Shown here piece after piece: positions 22,901-34,553 of a DNA stretch of 42,717 nt. The stretch covers positions 1-42,717 of the forward strand of contig JAVECO010000188.1 of assembly GCA_051942205.1 (NCBI GenBank). The letters are read 5' to 3'. The stretch comes from Coniocarpon cinnabarinum. Its lineage: Eukaryota. The position numbers were made by a program, and so were the translations under genes. Each line of letters opens with the position of its first letter. Positions within the stretch are counted from its first letter, which is position 1. The notes below the pieces were generated by a model, which did no database searches, was not told the DNA's origin, and saw only the letters and a program-made list of their open reading frames with translations.

Positions 22901-23414
22901 CTCATGGCTTTCGCTTTTGAACACCATCAACCATGCGTCGATGGACCTGAAGCAATTCGAAAGCTTCCTCGTTGGTCTGAACTTTTATGCCCAAGAAGCG
23001 TACGATAGTGCAGGCATCAGCGAGGCAGACCGAAGGAACATCGAACGTGACTTTCTCGTCACTGGAGTCGTGCCCGATTTGTTCGAGGGGTTGGCGAAGC
23101 GACTGATACGACATAGTGTCGATCGTTTCGTAGCTGATGCTCGAATTGACCCACTGAAGTTGTTTAGAACCGACGTGCGAAGTTTGGGGCTTACTGACGA
23201 TGAATCTACTAGAGAGTGGTGGCGAAACAATAAACAATGTGCGCTCAGAAAAACGCTACTACCAGTTGGCATTCCACGACATCGGAAATGTGCTCGCTGC
23301 TGGCGTGTAACAGAAGACTTCACTAACGCTCAGACTACGCCCGGATGGATCATGAAGATTCAGAGGGCATGTGTGTGCGGGAGTGCTTGGATAGGTGTTG
23401 GTTCGGTGGAGTGA
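19963..23414 (+). CDS. MED16: Mediator complex subunit 16 (Sin4), ~901 aa, 8 exons
   Basis: Exons 19963-20129, 20183-20272, 20670-20928, 20983-21238, 21297-21739, 21790-22489, 22557-22658 and 22726-23414 join in frame (2706 nt) with GT..branch..AG introns. Motifs DDLF, QRIAWGSNGMIA, LAHVSWS..LAVVDSAG, LTHAS, AFSPSGC and C-terminal RKCARC...QRACVCGSAW resemble fungal Med16. Confidence 0.88.
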
Positions 23415-24128
23415 GTTGGAAATCTGGAAGGAGGCGGATCCAGCTTCATACTCGCCACACAAATGAGTCTTCGTGGTGATATACGGGGGTTTACTGACGG
23501 CTCAGGATGACAGGACACTCCGTCACAATGCCCATTGCGGGCGCATAGGGACTGGTCTATGAGGACAACCGCAGCTTGACTCGCTTTGGGTTCTGCAAAC
23601 ATTCTGTATAATTGACGATAGCGCCACGCAAAGCACCCACGAGAATTACCATAGCGTATCATAGACTCTAAATGCTTTTCCACGATCGTACTGGCCACAG
23701 TGATTGTCTTATGACACCTGCTAGCGACAATCGAGCAAAGCTGAGGTCTTAACAGTAGGCAACGAAGCTCAGGCTAGAGCCTCGCCTGGGTGGCATCGAT
23801 CTTCAAATTCAATAGCTGCACCCAGAGGCTACAGAGAATCTGACTTTGCTACTGATGAGAATATGCTTCAGTCAAGCCATCTAGAATGAATATCTTGCAG
23901 TGAAATGAAACCAGAATACTAAAGCCACGCAGAAACACCTCGGATACAGTGACATCATCGCCGCCCATCCATTGATCTCATCAGACAACCACACAATCCA
24001 TTGCTTGCAATCCGTTCTATAGCTGCACTATTTGCCATCAAATTGCTCTATACATCAACGAGTCACAACCCCGTCCATCAGCGTTGTCCGCATCTTATAT
24101 CAGGCCTCAGAACCAAAGGCTATACACG

Positions 24129-24684
24129 ATGTCGTCCGATGAGAATCAACAGCCAGGCATGGCACATGGACACGCCGCTTACGTCGCAGGCGTCGGCAAA
24201 GTACGTGTAATTCTCCATACTGTGATCACCTGTCAAGTCCATCTACACCGTCCATCCAAACCTGGCTCATCTTTCTCTCAAATCTCAAACTCGACTCCAC
24301 TCCATAGCCCTTCTCCTCTGCCACTCTAACCGCCCCTCCCACTCTCCTACCCTTCTTCGCTTCTCCACTCCCCTTTCCCTCCCTTCCGAACACCACGCCG
24401 CGACTAAAGCAAACCAGGAATACATTGGCACCGCAAGCCAAACCGCCGCGCCCAGCGTGAGCAACTACATCAACGCAAGCGCAGGCGAGACGCTGCAGAA
24501 CACGGGCGAGGGTCTCGAAGCCGATGGCAATCAGCTGCAAACGGACGGCGTGCAGGAGATGAAAGCCGCGGCGCAGGATCGGTCGGGCCCCTCGGTCGGC
24601 GGAGGGAAAGCCGAGGAGACGCTGGGAGCGGCGGTGGGGTGTGAAGGGATGAGAGAGGAGGGCGCGGCGACGAAGGAGTCGTGA
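24129..24684 (+). CDS. Small hydrophilic fungal protein (hydrophilin/CsbD-like stress or conidial protein), ~112 aa, 2 exons
   Basis: Exons 24129-24200 and 24418-24684; intron GTACGT..ACTAAA..CAG (217 nt). Product MSSDENQQPGMAHGHAAYVAGVGK|EYIG...GVQEMKAAAQDR...GKAEETLGAAVGCEGMREEGAATKES. I recall the HAxYVxG and GCEGMxxEG pattern from small uncharacterised ascomycete proteins. Confidence 0.8.
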
Positions 24685-25227
24685 GGTTTATACTGAAGAA
24701 TGGCTGAGTGAAGATGCAGTGGTATAACGTGGATGACATGGAGCGTTGGAGAAATGGAGGGATAGTAATTGTTTGGCTGTGGACGACAGTGTGGACGACA
24801 TGAAGAATTAAATGAGATATGTAAATGTCGATGAAGATCATTATGATTGTGGTGTGACATCGCTATTCAGCGTATCCTCATAAACGCCACGCTATGTTTG
24901 AAGCCACCAGGCTTCGCACGAGCAAGTCTGCATCATGGCGACCGATGCTCAGCATCGCGTAAAACTCCGAAAGAACGTTGAATCCGTGAATGCATCGACT
25001 ACGCCATAGCATGCAGCTCCACACGCATTGTGTACAGCCAGCCTCCTAAACGCCATGCTCCCATCGCAATCCGTTAGGACACTGCCTCTGCTACGCTGTC
25101 CACATTAAGAGAATCATCGGGGTATCTTTTTTTCCTCTTACTCTAAGCTCGATACATTGATGCCATATTATGAATATTCGAGAAGTTATCCTAAGTCATC
25201 GCTCGTCCCAAGTGCTTTTCGGCTCTA

Positions 25228-27090
25228 CTAATTCCTGTTGAGATTGGGGAAGATGGGCCGAGGCGCTGAGGCCGGATCATCCGTAGAGTGGTTTACGCGT
25301 TCGTCCACGGGAGGCACTTCATTGAGTTGCTTCGAGGCGCGCTTTTCCGACACCGCTGGTTTGACCGCCTTTGCCCCTTTTCCCTTCTTTGATTGCGAGT
25401 TCTCAACATCAGAAGAAGGCTTGTCTTTGGCTTCAACAGTCGCAGGTTGCTTTGACGTCGAGAAATTCGCCTTGATACCCACCCCCTGCTTTTTGGGCTC
25501 GCGTGTCCTCGTGTTGTTGACTTGCGCGGCGGCCTTCTTAGGTGCAGCCTTGACTTGGGACTTATTTGCTTTGGTGCGGGGCTTCCGTGTCTTCTTGCCA
25601 GCAGCGGTTTTATTTTCCTTGCCGAGAACGTCGTCAAGCTTTCGTCCCTTGCTTGCAGGATTCTCTGTCTTAGAACCATCGACCTCTCGAACAGGTAGCT
25701 CGACGGTCTCCACAATGACAGACTCTGCCGGGGCTTCGTTTTCCAAAGGTTGAGCCAGTGCCTCAAGCTCATTTGTTCGCGCAGCATCCAGAACGGGGTC
25801 AAAGTACGTTGCCGATTTCCGCGGACTTGGAACGGTGACGTGGACAGTCATCTTTTCGACCTGATCCTCCTTGACCTCAGCCACCACCTCAGGATCGTCC
25901 CAACGACCCAATGCGGCTTTGTGAGCAAGATCATCCGCCTTCCCAGTGACAACAAGATCCCAAGCGTTCTCCAAGTCCTTGCCGGCAGGCTCTTGCTCCA
26001 AGTTGACCCAGACGCTTAGGCCGTCCTTGCGATCACGAACAATGGCACAGGTCTCGCGCACGATTCTTCGAACGCCAGGAACGCTGAGTGTGGTACCGAC
26101 GACAAGAACACAGTCAGGACGCGTCTTGAGATCGGCGCTCGAGCATGCGCCAATCGCCTCATCATCCGGACCCGTCTCGTTGTACAGTGTCATGCGTGGG
26201 CGCATCCGGCCGATACCATGAGATCGCTTGCCAGCGACCTCAGTCCGAGTGTGGTCCAGCGCTTGGCACTCTGCGCACTCAGGTGGAAGATCCTGATCGA
26301 ACAGGTGGCCATCAAAGTCAGACGTCGTGTTGCACTTGGAACAAATCATTTTTTCAAGTCCGCCGTGAAGTTGGACTGTCTTCGGCCAGGGAGCTTTCGT
26401 AGGAAGGGGAACTGCTGTCCGCAGCGGCTCCAGCTTGTTCTCAAGCCCATCTACGTTCTGAGAATAGAGCCGTAATAAGCGACCTTCATGAGCGAGACGC
26501 GCTACGAGATGGTGAAAGGCAGTGGGTTCAGCAATGGCAGACATGCTGGACATTTCGCGGACCATAGTGTGGAAGGTAGATGTTGAATTCGCGTCTCGAT
26601 AGACACCCGCGTCAAACAGTTGCTTGCCCGATCCCTTCAAATTGTGGGTTTCTCGCAGCGTCTTGAACAGCCCAGTCGACGACCGAAAGTCTGGAATGCC
26701 CGCTGAGACGCTAATTCCAGCACCGGCAATGACAACAATTTTCCGCTTTTTGCGCAAAGCTTTCAGGAGACGATCTAGTTGCACAGAAGACTCGAGCGTC
26801 GGGTCGCGTGCCATCTTGTCAAAGTCGAGCCGCTTCATTTCCCGTGGCATCTTGGAAGACTTGACGTTGTCGTCAGTCTTGCGGCGCTTCTTGGGCGGTG
26901 GGCCGTCCCTGTCGCTCGAGCCGTTTGTGAGGCTGTCTTCTTCCGTGGTCGGAGTCGTGGCGCCCTTCTCCGAGGTCTGACTTGAAGGTGGAGTTGGGTA
27001 GGGACACATGGGTCCGCGGCTTGGCGAGCGAGACAGCGAGGAAAGTGGCGAGGAGCTGCCGCTTGCAGGTGAGGAAGGCGTAGAGGGCAT
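25228..27090 (-). CDS. HST4: NAD-dependent deacetylase, Sir2 family, Hst3/Hst4 subgroup, 620 aa
   Basis: IAGAGISVSAGIPDFRS, LLRLYSQNVDGLE, VQLHGGL, zinc pairs CSKC and CAEC, GKRSHGIGRMRPRMTLYNE, VVGTTL. N-terminal SSSPLSSLSRSPS..YPTPPSSQ and a Lys-rich tail. Confidence 0.92.
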   Translation of the reverse strand: MPSTPSSPASGSSSPLSSLSRSPSRGPMCPYPTPPSSQTSEKGATTPTTEEDSLTNGSSDRDGPPPKKRRKTDDNVKSSKMPREMKRLDFDKMARDPTLESSVQLDRLLKALRKKRKIVVIAGAGISVSAGIPDFRSSTGLFKTLRETHNLKGSGKQLFDAGVYRDANSTSTFHTMVREMSSMSAIAEPTAFHHLVARLAHEGRLLRLYSQNVDGLENKLEPLRTAVPLPTKAPWPKTVQLHGGLEKMICSKCNTTSDFDGHLFDQDLPPECAECQALDHTRTEVAGKRSHGIGRMRPRMTLYNETGPDDEAIGACSSADLKTRPDCVLVVGTTLSVPGVRRIVRETCAIVRDRKDGLSVWVNLEQEPAGKDLENAWDLVVTGKADDLAHKAALGRWDDPEVVAEVKEDQVEKMTVHVTVPSPRKSATYFDPVLDAARTNELEALAQPLENEAPAESVIVETVELPVREVDGSKTENPASKGRKLDDVLGKENKTAAGKKTRKPRTKANKSQVKAAPKKAAAQVNNTRTREPKKQGVGIKANFSTSKQPATVEAKDKPSSDVENSQSKKGKGAKAVKPAVSEKRASKQLNEVPPVDERVNHSTDDPASAPRPIFPNLNRN

Positions 27091-27627
27091 TGTTGCGGTT
27101 GCAGATGGGAATGGGAGAAAGGTATGAATAGCGCGGCTGGGGGACGCGAAGAGAGAGAGACTCGGGAGACTTATGTAGCGGAATCATCCATGTGACCGTG
27201 GGCGACGCAGACGGACGCGAAAGTGTCGCGTGAAACGAGCGGCGAGGAGGAGAAAGCGGCGTGGCTGGCAGGGCGAGGTGAAGGGAGGGAGGAGTGGGAG
27301 TGGAGAAGCAGCGCGCGCTCTCTCTGGCGCCGGGGGAGTTGGGGAGTTGGGGAGTTGCAGACTTTGAGGGAGAGAGACATCGTAGGTAGACGGGCTCGTT
27401 CCGCACTTGCCTTGTTGGGGGTTTGTTTGTTTGTCTAGCCTTCTAGCGTCGATGGCTCCACAACGTCAACAACGTCGAAGAATAGGTGGACGGGCCTTTG
27501 ACGATGCTAGTCCACACAAACACATCTTCACACCCTACCCAAGTTGTCCTCCTCGACTTCTGTTCAATCCGGCATGCAAGCCCAGGCCGGCATCAACGGA
27601 CAATGCGTTCCCCTTCCCCGCTGAGTT

Positions 27628-27644
27628 TGTTTACACAGTAAACA
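27628..27644. promoter_or_regulatory. Inverted pair of forkhead consensus sites (TGTTTAC-ACA-GTAAACA) upstream of HST4
   Basis: Two exact GTAAACA matches in opposite orientation with a 3-nt spacer, about 540 nt upstream of the HST4 ATG. Function is inferred only. Confidence 0.4.
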
Positions 27645-27771
27645 GTGCTACATACCCATCACTAAAGGCCAGCGTTCAGCAAGGCATGGACAAAGGCAAA
27701 GCAATGGACAGCAACTCGGAGAGAGTAGTCTCGTCAGGCCTGACTTTTCGTAAGAACTGCCCTGGCGCTCG

Positions 27772-30596
27772 TCAAGCACTATCTCGGTCCGCATCGCCGT
27801 CATTGATCATCTTCGTGTAGTCGTCAGCACGGGCAAACATGGGCAAACGGGAAAGTTTGCGCTTCTTCCTCTTCCGCTGGCTTCCCATATCTCCCTCTCT
27901 GCTCCCTTCTGAGTCCTCGTCAAGCCCGGGACCAAACATCTCCACCGCGCCATCCTGCTCCATGCTGTCCCCATTTTCAAACATTTCATCCTCCTCAAGG
28001 GGATTTACGCCGTCCTCAGCACGCAGCTCACCATCACCGTCTCCAGGTTCCTCGTCCGACTCCAGATTCAGCTCCACGCCGCCGTCTTCGCCCTCTTCAT
28101 CTTGATCACTCAGCATTGCTTTTTCAAAGTCTGCGTCGACTTCTTCGCTGTCATCGCCGTCGTCCTCCTCTCCAGAGCTTCCTTCTACCTCTGGCCGCGA
28201 CCCCACGAGCGCCTTCCAGATCTCGTCTTCGTTTGCACCAATCTCCTCATCGAATTCGTCGCCGTCTTTGCCGGTTCCAGCGTGGGGTTCCGCGTGTTTC
28301 CGACCCTTAGCTGCTTTGCGGGACGGACCCACTGTGCTGAAATACCGGTGAAAGAAGACATCCTGTGGTGCAATCTCGTCCACTTTCTTCTGCCAGAACT
28401 GTTCAGAGCTCACTGGTAGGTCTCCATAATCGGTTCTTGATCCCAGGTAATGGTCAGTCGTGTCTGCAGACGCAAGCGCAGGCTGCATGACCGAATGGCC
28501 ACGAAGAGCTTTTGGTTCGCCAGTTGATGAATCCTGAACGGACTTCGGATTCCGATACGCAAATCTATCCAAAAAATGGGCCAGAGTGTGGTTTGCAGGG
28601 TCGGGTCTTGGTGGCAACGTTCGGGTACGGTCATTGCTGTGAGGGACCATAGTCCTGGTGAATAGCGATACTGATGGGTGATAGTGGCGGACGTATGGAT
28701 TCACATCCCAAAGACATGCGAGATCCGCGTTCGCATGCAAAGGATCGCGCTTCCTCGGGTCATAGTGCGGTCGGACTCGTTCATGGACAGACCTGCCAGG
28801 CAGCGGCCCGTCCTTTGAGTCGTCGTGGCCGTCTGCATCGTCGTCGTCGGGAACATCACAATAGAACTCTTCATCATCTGATGCATCGGAGCTCGCCTCT
28901 CGGTGATCGAACATTGTCCTGAGGCTAGGGAATAACTTGCTCAACTCGTTCACCAGATAGAACACCGAAACCATGAATGGAGGCTCTTGTAGCGTGCAGA
29001 TCTGTAGAAGGCGTTTTGTGAAAGCTTTTACACGCGCCATGCTGCTTTCGTCTTTAAGGCTTCGATAGAGCAGATTCAGATACATGGTGTGTTTACCTGT
29101 TGCAGATATCAACCTCGGGTCAAGTAGAGACTCGTATAGGGACCGCATAAAACGATCTCTCAAATTAGAATTCCCGGTAACTGCTGTATGAGTAGAGGTA
29201 ATTGTACATAGTAAAGCGAGTGCGCGCAGTGAGGTGCCGAAGTTTGAGGAATGTGTAATCGAGAAGAGCGTTCCAATATGGGTTTCCAATGTTTTGTTAT
29301 TGTCCTGTGAGGAGTATGGAAAAGCGCGTTGAATTCCAGCCAGAATCTGGGCGATCAGTTTCTCTTCCAGTTGCTTCTCAGGATTTGCCGAGTCATCGTG
29401 ATCGAGCTGGAGCGTCTTCTTGCGTTTCCCATCAGGCTTTTTGGCGCTCTCTGACAACTTGTTCTGCCTCTTTGACCTGTTCAAAAGCACGACGAAGACA
29501 CCAAAATATATATCGAGCAGCTTGTTTGCGGTCTCCGGGTCACCGGCCGTGAGCGCGGTTTGGTTGAGAGTGATTGCAGCATAGTATCTTGCATGACTGC
29601 TTTGTCCTGGTTTGAGAAGCAATTCTGAGTCAATGGCGTTCACGATAATGGATTTCATTGAAGGATGAGCAGTTTCCAGCTGCAAGATACGATGAGAAGC
29701 TCTGGAAGCGATCTTCCTATTCGTATCGCCAAGTTTATTCACCAGCAATCTCAGCAAGTTCTCTTCTTGTTCAGGCCGTTCTCTCAAGAGCTCGAACACA
29801 AAGTCCAGTGATCTCGTTTGAGCATTCTCCACAGTGTCGCCCAACCAGCTTTCCAGCAACTTGAGAACTTGAAAGTAAGAGCGTTTTAGCCAGTCCTCAT
29901 AGCTCCAGTATAGAAGGTGTTGTTTGGTGAGTCCCTTTGGCAATGGCTGGGTGGCATTCCACGTATGGGTACCGTTGAAAGCAGCTAGTAGGGCAGGCTG
30001 TTTCCCAAAGTATCGTAATTTGCGACTTTGAGGCAGCATGTGCCCTTGCGCGAGCATATCTTTAATGGCTGCTAAAGCTGTGAGAGCATTGTCCCTGCTG
30101 CGCTTCGAGGCCAGTCCCAGCAGGGTCTCGAACTGCTTGCTCGTGTGCAATGGTGATTCTTGAACGACAAGGGTCAGAGCGGAGACCTTGTCGCTCCAGG
30201 TGCCTGATGTCATGACATTGTTCATGAACTTGTGATCGGATGACTTCTGCAAGTAAGCAGTACCATATAGGGCAGTCTCGTTCTTGAGCAGCCCGTCTGC
30301 ATATTCGTGGGTGGTCTGGAGAAGCTCAGGCGGCAGTGTGTGCAATTGACTGGGAAGATCAAGGTCAGGCAGAGCAGCAGCATGCCAGTCTGGTCGTGGA
30401 CTGAAGCTCTAGACCGAGATGTTAGTGACTTCACAGCTGGTACGCGTGTCGTGATTCTACTCACAAGCCCGGACTTGGTCTTAGAAACGCCGTTGTTTGC
30501 TGGCTTAGGTTTCTGTTGCAGATTGTCGATACGCTTCTCATGAGAGGCCGGAGCTGTTTGAGCATCAGGCTTACTCGGCTTTCTATGCTTGCCCAT
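27772..30596 (-). CDS. MAK21: Ribosome biogenesis protein Mak21/Noc1 (CBF/Mak21 family), ~922 aa, 2 exons
   Basis: Exons 30596-30465 and 30408-27772; intron GTGAGT..CTAAC..TAG (56 nt). Motifs PRPDWHA, SGTWSDKVSALTLVVQESPLH, RPEQEENLLRLLVNKLGD, YDPRKRDP, HYHPSVSLF, HTLAHFLDRFAYRNPK and LPMFARADDY. Confidence 0.95.
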
Positions 30597-30875
30597 GTCA
30601 CCGAAGATACACGCTTCAGGACGCAGCACAGATTTGTGCAAGGGGGAAGTCTCACACTGTGCTAAGGCATTGGGCAGCTCAGTATATAAAAAGCCTACCT
30701 GGATTGCGCCTAGCGTACTGAGTACTCCGGCCTAGCGCACGTGAGCGCTGAGGATCCAGGCGTGGGGGCCAAAACATCTTATTACGCCAAGGCGCTTTTC
30801 CCCTGCATCTTCTGAAAATGCTTACTTCTCTCCTTTCTTGTCCGAGTTGGCACAACGTCCCTTGGTGACGTGTAC

Positions 30876-32762
30876 ATGTTAGCAAAGGCACACTGTCTGC
30901 CCGCTGGAGTTCGTCGGGTCTGCCGCACCGCTCGACATTCAGGGCGCCGATGGTACACAATCGATGGGAGACAGCGCCTCTCCCAGTACTGGATCCCTCA
31001 AACACGGGGAGCCAACGCAAATCCAAAAAAGGATGAAGCTCATGTCCTGCTAGCCAAAGCGGGCTTCATTCATCAAGCTTATTCAGGTGTCTTCCAGCTG
31101 CTGCCATTGGGGCTGCGCGTACAGAACAAAATCGAGCATGTGATTGACCATCATATGTCTGGCCTTGGCGCCAGCAAATTGTGTCTTTCCTCACTCTCGT
31201 CAGAAGGCTTGTGGCGACGGAGCGGCAGGCTTGCCGATGAGTCGGAGCTGCTCAAAGTTCGGACTCGCGCCAAGGACGCCTTCCTTCTATCTCCTACTCA
31301 TGAAGAGGAAATCACCAAACTCGTTGCGTCAGCCATTTCCTCGCCCAAGGACTTGCCACTGCGGCTGTACCAGGTGACCCGCAAGTATAGAGATGAGCGT
31401 CGACCTCGGCAAGGATTGCTTAGAACCCGTGAGTTCGTCATGAAGGATCTCTACACCTTCGACATGACCGAACAGACCGCGTTCGAGACGTATAACACTG
31501 TCAAGCAAGCTTACACCGCTCTTTTCGAGTCGTTTCATGTCCCGTATCTCATCGCAGAGGCCGATACGGGAAACATGGGTGGTTCCCGAAGTCACGAGTT
31601 TCACTTTCCGTCGCCCCTCGGGGAGGACACGCTTTTTCACTGCAATGCATGCTCGTACATTGCGAATGAGGAGCTAGCTACGGCATTTCGTCCCGCGAAT
31701 CTGGGACGCGTAGATGGAACATTGAGGAGATGGATGGGCATCCAGAAAGATGGGCGTACCCTTGTCGTCGTCTATTTCCGCTCTTCAACCAGCGACAGAT
31801 CGGAGGACGACGAGATCAATCTTCACAACTTGAAGCGCGTGGTGCCTGCGCTAGACACATCTGTGGAGCAGCCATTGCAGAGATGGCTCACCAATATGCG
31901 CGCACGTTTGACTGCGCCACCCGAAATGCAAGCTTCGGAAGAAGATCTTCCTCCTTTTACTGTATTTCCATTGTACGATGCACACAGCATCGTCGAGGCA
32001 CCAGCTGTGACTCCAGTTCTACCTTTTCAAGAAGCTTTGAATCGGATTGAGGAGCAGGCTCAAGCACTGGGTCATGACGGCTTTGAAATCGCTAAGGTTG
32101 ATCCTCCGCTTAATTGCGGTACAGACCTTATTCGCGTTCGCAAAGGCGATACATGTCCTGCTTGCCAAGTTGGCAAGCTCAAGACTACCCAAGCCATAGA
32201 GCTTGGGCATACATTCCAACTGGGAACAAGGTATTCTGAGCCGCTTCAAGCTGTTGTGAATCCGCCGGGCGGGCTCAATGAAGCAGGAGCCGCTGTTGCC
32301 ATGCCAGTATTCATGGGATGTCATGGTATTGGCATCAGTCGAATCATGGGCGCACTGGCTGCCATCCTCCGCGATGACGCAGGTCTAAATTGGCCGCAGC
32401 TTTGTGCACCTTTCGAGGTCGTCATTGTGCCTGGATCAAAAACAACAACAGACGATGTGAGCAGAGTTTACGATAAGCTTTCCGGCGCGCAGCCCCAGCA
32501 AGCATTCTCGCGAGCCACAAGCATAGATGCAGTCATCGACGACCGCGAGGGGAGTCTGGTGCAGAAGCTGAAAGATGCTGATTTGATCGGATTTCCAGTC
32601 ATCGTCGCACTGGGCCGCGCTTGGGAAGAGGGTCAGGTCGAGCTTCAATGTCGGCAGAAGGCTTACAAGTCCGTCGTTAATTTCGAAGACTTAACCGATA
32701 CAGTTTACCGATTGTTGTATGAAAGGGCAAATGCTAATGGACTGGATCCACCACGGGAGTGA
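30876..32762 (+). CDS. AIM10: Mitochondrial (bacterial-type) prolyl-tRNA synthetase, ~628 aa
   Basis: Arg-rich presequence, then SGVFQLLPLGLRV, LSPTHEEEIT, motif 2 YRDERRPRQGLLRTREFVMKDLYTFD, ADTGNMGGSRSHEF, IELGHTFQLGTRYS, motif 3 MGCHGIGISR and anticodon-domain DDR..KLKDADLIGFP. Head-to-head with MAK21, 279 nt between the ATGs. Confidence 0.95.
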   Translation: MLAKAHCLPAGVRRVCRTARHSGRRWYTIDGRQRLSQYWIPQTRGANANPKKDEAHVLLAKAGFIHQAYSGVFQLLPLGLRVQNKIEHVIDHHMSGLGASKLCLSSLSSEGLWRRSGRLADESELLKVRTRAKDAFLLSPTHEEEITKLVASAISSPKDLPLRLYQVTRKYRDERRPRQGLLRTREFVMKDLYTFDMTEQTAFETYNTVKQAYTALFESFHVPYLIAEADTGNMGGSRSHEFHFPSPLGEDTLFHCNACSYIANEELATAFRPANLGRVDGTLRRWMGIQKDGRTLVVVYFRSSTSDRSEDDEINLHNLKRVVPALDTSVEQPLQRWLTNMRARLTAPPEMQASEEDLPPFTVFPLYDAHSIVEAPAVTPVLPFQEALNRIEEQAQALGHDGFEIAKVDPPLNCGTDLIRVRKGDTCPACQVGKLKTTQAIELGHTFQLGTRYSEPLQAVVNPPGGLNEAGAAVAMPVFMGCHGIGISRIMGALAAILRDDAGLNWPQLCAPFEVVIVPGSKTTTDDVSRVYDKLSGAQPQQAFSRATSIDAVIDDREGSLVQKLKDADLIGFPVIVALGRAWEEGQVELQCRQKAYKSVVNFEDLTDTVYRLLYERANANGLDPPRE

Positions 32763-34078
32763 ACGACCGTGATACAAACACAGGTCGAGCGACTTTCACA
32801 AAGTTGATCTGGATCCAGAGTTCGACATTAGGATCGCAAACGTGGCCAGTCCCACTATGGCGACGAATCGCGTTCTCAGCGATGCCACCGATTTCTAGAA
32901 CAGGCATTAGACGGACCTTGTTACTCCTTAGTGTGCAACACGCCTACACATAAACCAAGGACTGAAGAGGACGGGCCCATTTCTGGCGACACGTTGCAGA
33001 TGTTCGGACGGGACGGCAAGCGGTCCACAGATATCAGGTTGCCAGATCCGTGTTCCACCAAAGACTGCACATGTTAACACTGATTCGATGCCTACCTCAC
33101 TTCGACATCACTTTCTGCGCTTCTTAGTGAACAACGACAGTGTCGCTACCTACAGCACACAATGTCACACTTCGCACAGATGCGCACGGTACTGACACCC
33201 ATCCACGAAGGTTCGCGCTCATCTGTGCGTAGGGGCCAACACGTAGCTGCAGCCCCCTCATCGCCTGTCATACCGCCCTCGCTGACTGCGCACGCACCTG
33301 CCGAACATTCCAAGAGCCCGCATCTGAAGGCTTTGCGTTTCAAAATGTTGCAAGCACACGAGGACTTTCTCCGAATCTCTTGATACTTCTCCAAATCTTA
33401 GTTTGACTTACACATATGCAGCGCAGAATCGATTCACAGCATAATCAAAACGGGTCACGGTTACACTATCAAGGGTGCTAATCTTAATAGCAGACAAACT
33501 CCCACCCGGGAAAGGAAAAAGGACCCCGTGTACAACACGAGGGAACCATGCCTTGCCTGTCCATCTGACATGCTGAGAACAAGTATCGCGACTAGAACAT
33601 GCGAATTCGCCGGATGATGTGACGTCTTCATCTGCATGTCAGTTTTTCCATCAACGATCTGATCTCCTCGCGGCCAATCTCGCTTGTTGGTCATCAGGGT
33701 CTTCGTCATTGTGACTTGCTCTCGTAAAGGGTTGAGCTTCGCGACCCAAGCGGTAGAGTGATAGAGGCTTGTGAGCACAGACGTGGGCTGTAAGGTTCGA
33801 TGATGCCAACAATACAAATCCTACGGCCAAGTGGTCTGCGATGCTCAGTACTCGTCACAGAGTACTAAATCTCATGCTACGTCACGTTTGCTCGGACGCT
33901 ACCTGTCATTGCATCAAGATGTCAAGTTCTGCTGGTGCATACTGTATATTAGGTTTTAACAAAGCCCGAGAATCGATGCTGCTCCTGCAACACTCAGCAT
34001 CTTCCTTCGAGGACGTGATCGCTCTCTTCGACACAAACTCACATCCGTTTCTCTCTGACACATTCCCAGCTACACATC

Positions 34079-34553
34079 ATGTCACGCGAAGCAGAGAAGA
34101 AAGACCTCCAAGAGCAGGCCGATCTCGCCAGCGAGGATGCCTTCCGTCGAGGCAGGGCGTCGACTAACCTCCAAGCCAGAGACATGGACGTCGATTCGCA
34201 AATCAGCAGGCTCTATGAAGAGAGTGAGGCAACGGACAACCGAGACGTAAAGGACGAAATCAAAGCAGAGATTCAAAGACTCCGGCGCCAGCAAACACAA
34301 GCACGGAAGGTTGAGAAGAAACAGCGTACATTCGGCGAGGAGGCGAAGCAGGACTTGAAAGCTATTGAAGAGGACCTTTCAGTGTGGGTGTCTCTGGGCT
34401 CGCCTTGCTGTGCCTGGAAGTGTTCGTGCTGACAGTCGTTCCAGACATAGAGTGATAGATAAGCTGGAGGGTGCATTCGGCAGGGGTAACCATGGACAGG
34501 GGAGCAGTGGCAATCATGGACAACAAGGGGGAGGCGGAAGCACTTCGACATGA
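34079..34553 (+). CDS. Hypothetical small charged/helical protein with Gly-rich tail, ~137 aa, 2 exons
   Basis: Exons 34079-34383 and 34445-34553. The intron GTGGGT..GCTGAC..CAG (61 nt) joins two ORF-track frames into ...LKAIEEDLSVHRVIDKLEGAFGRGNHGQGSSGNHGQQGGGGSTST. ATG context is CATCATG. No family recognised. Confidence 0.7.
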
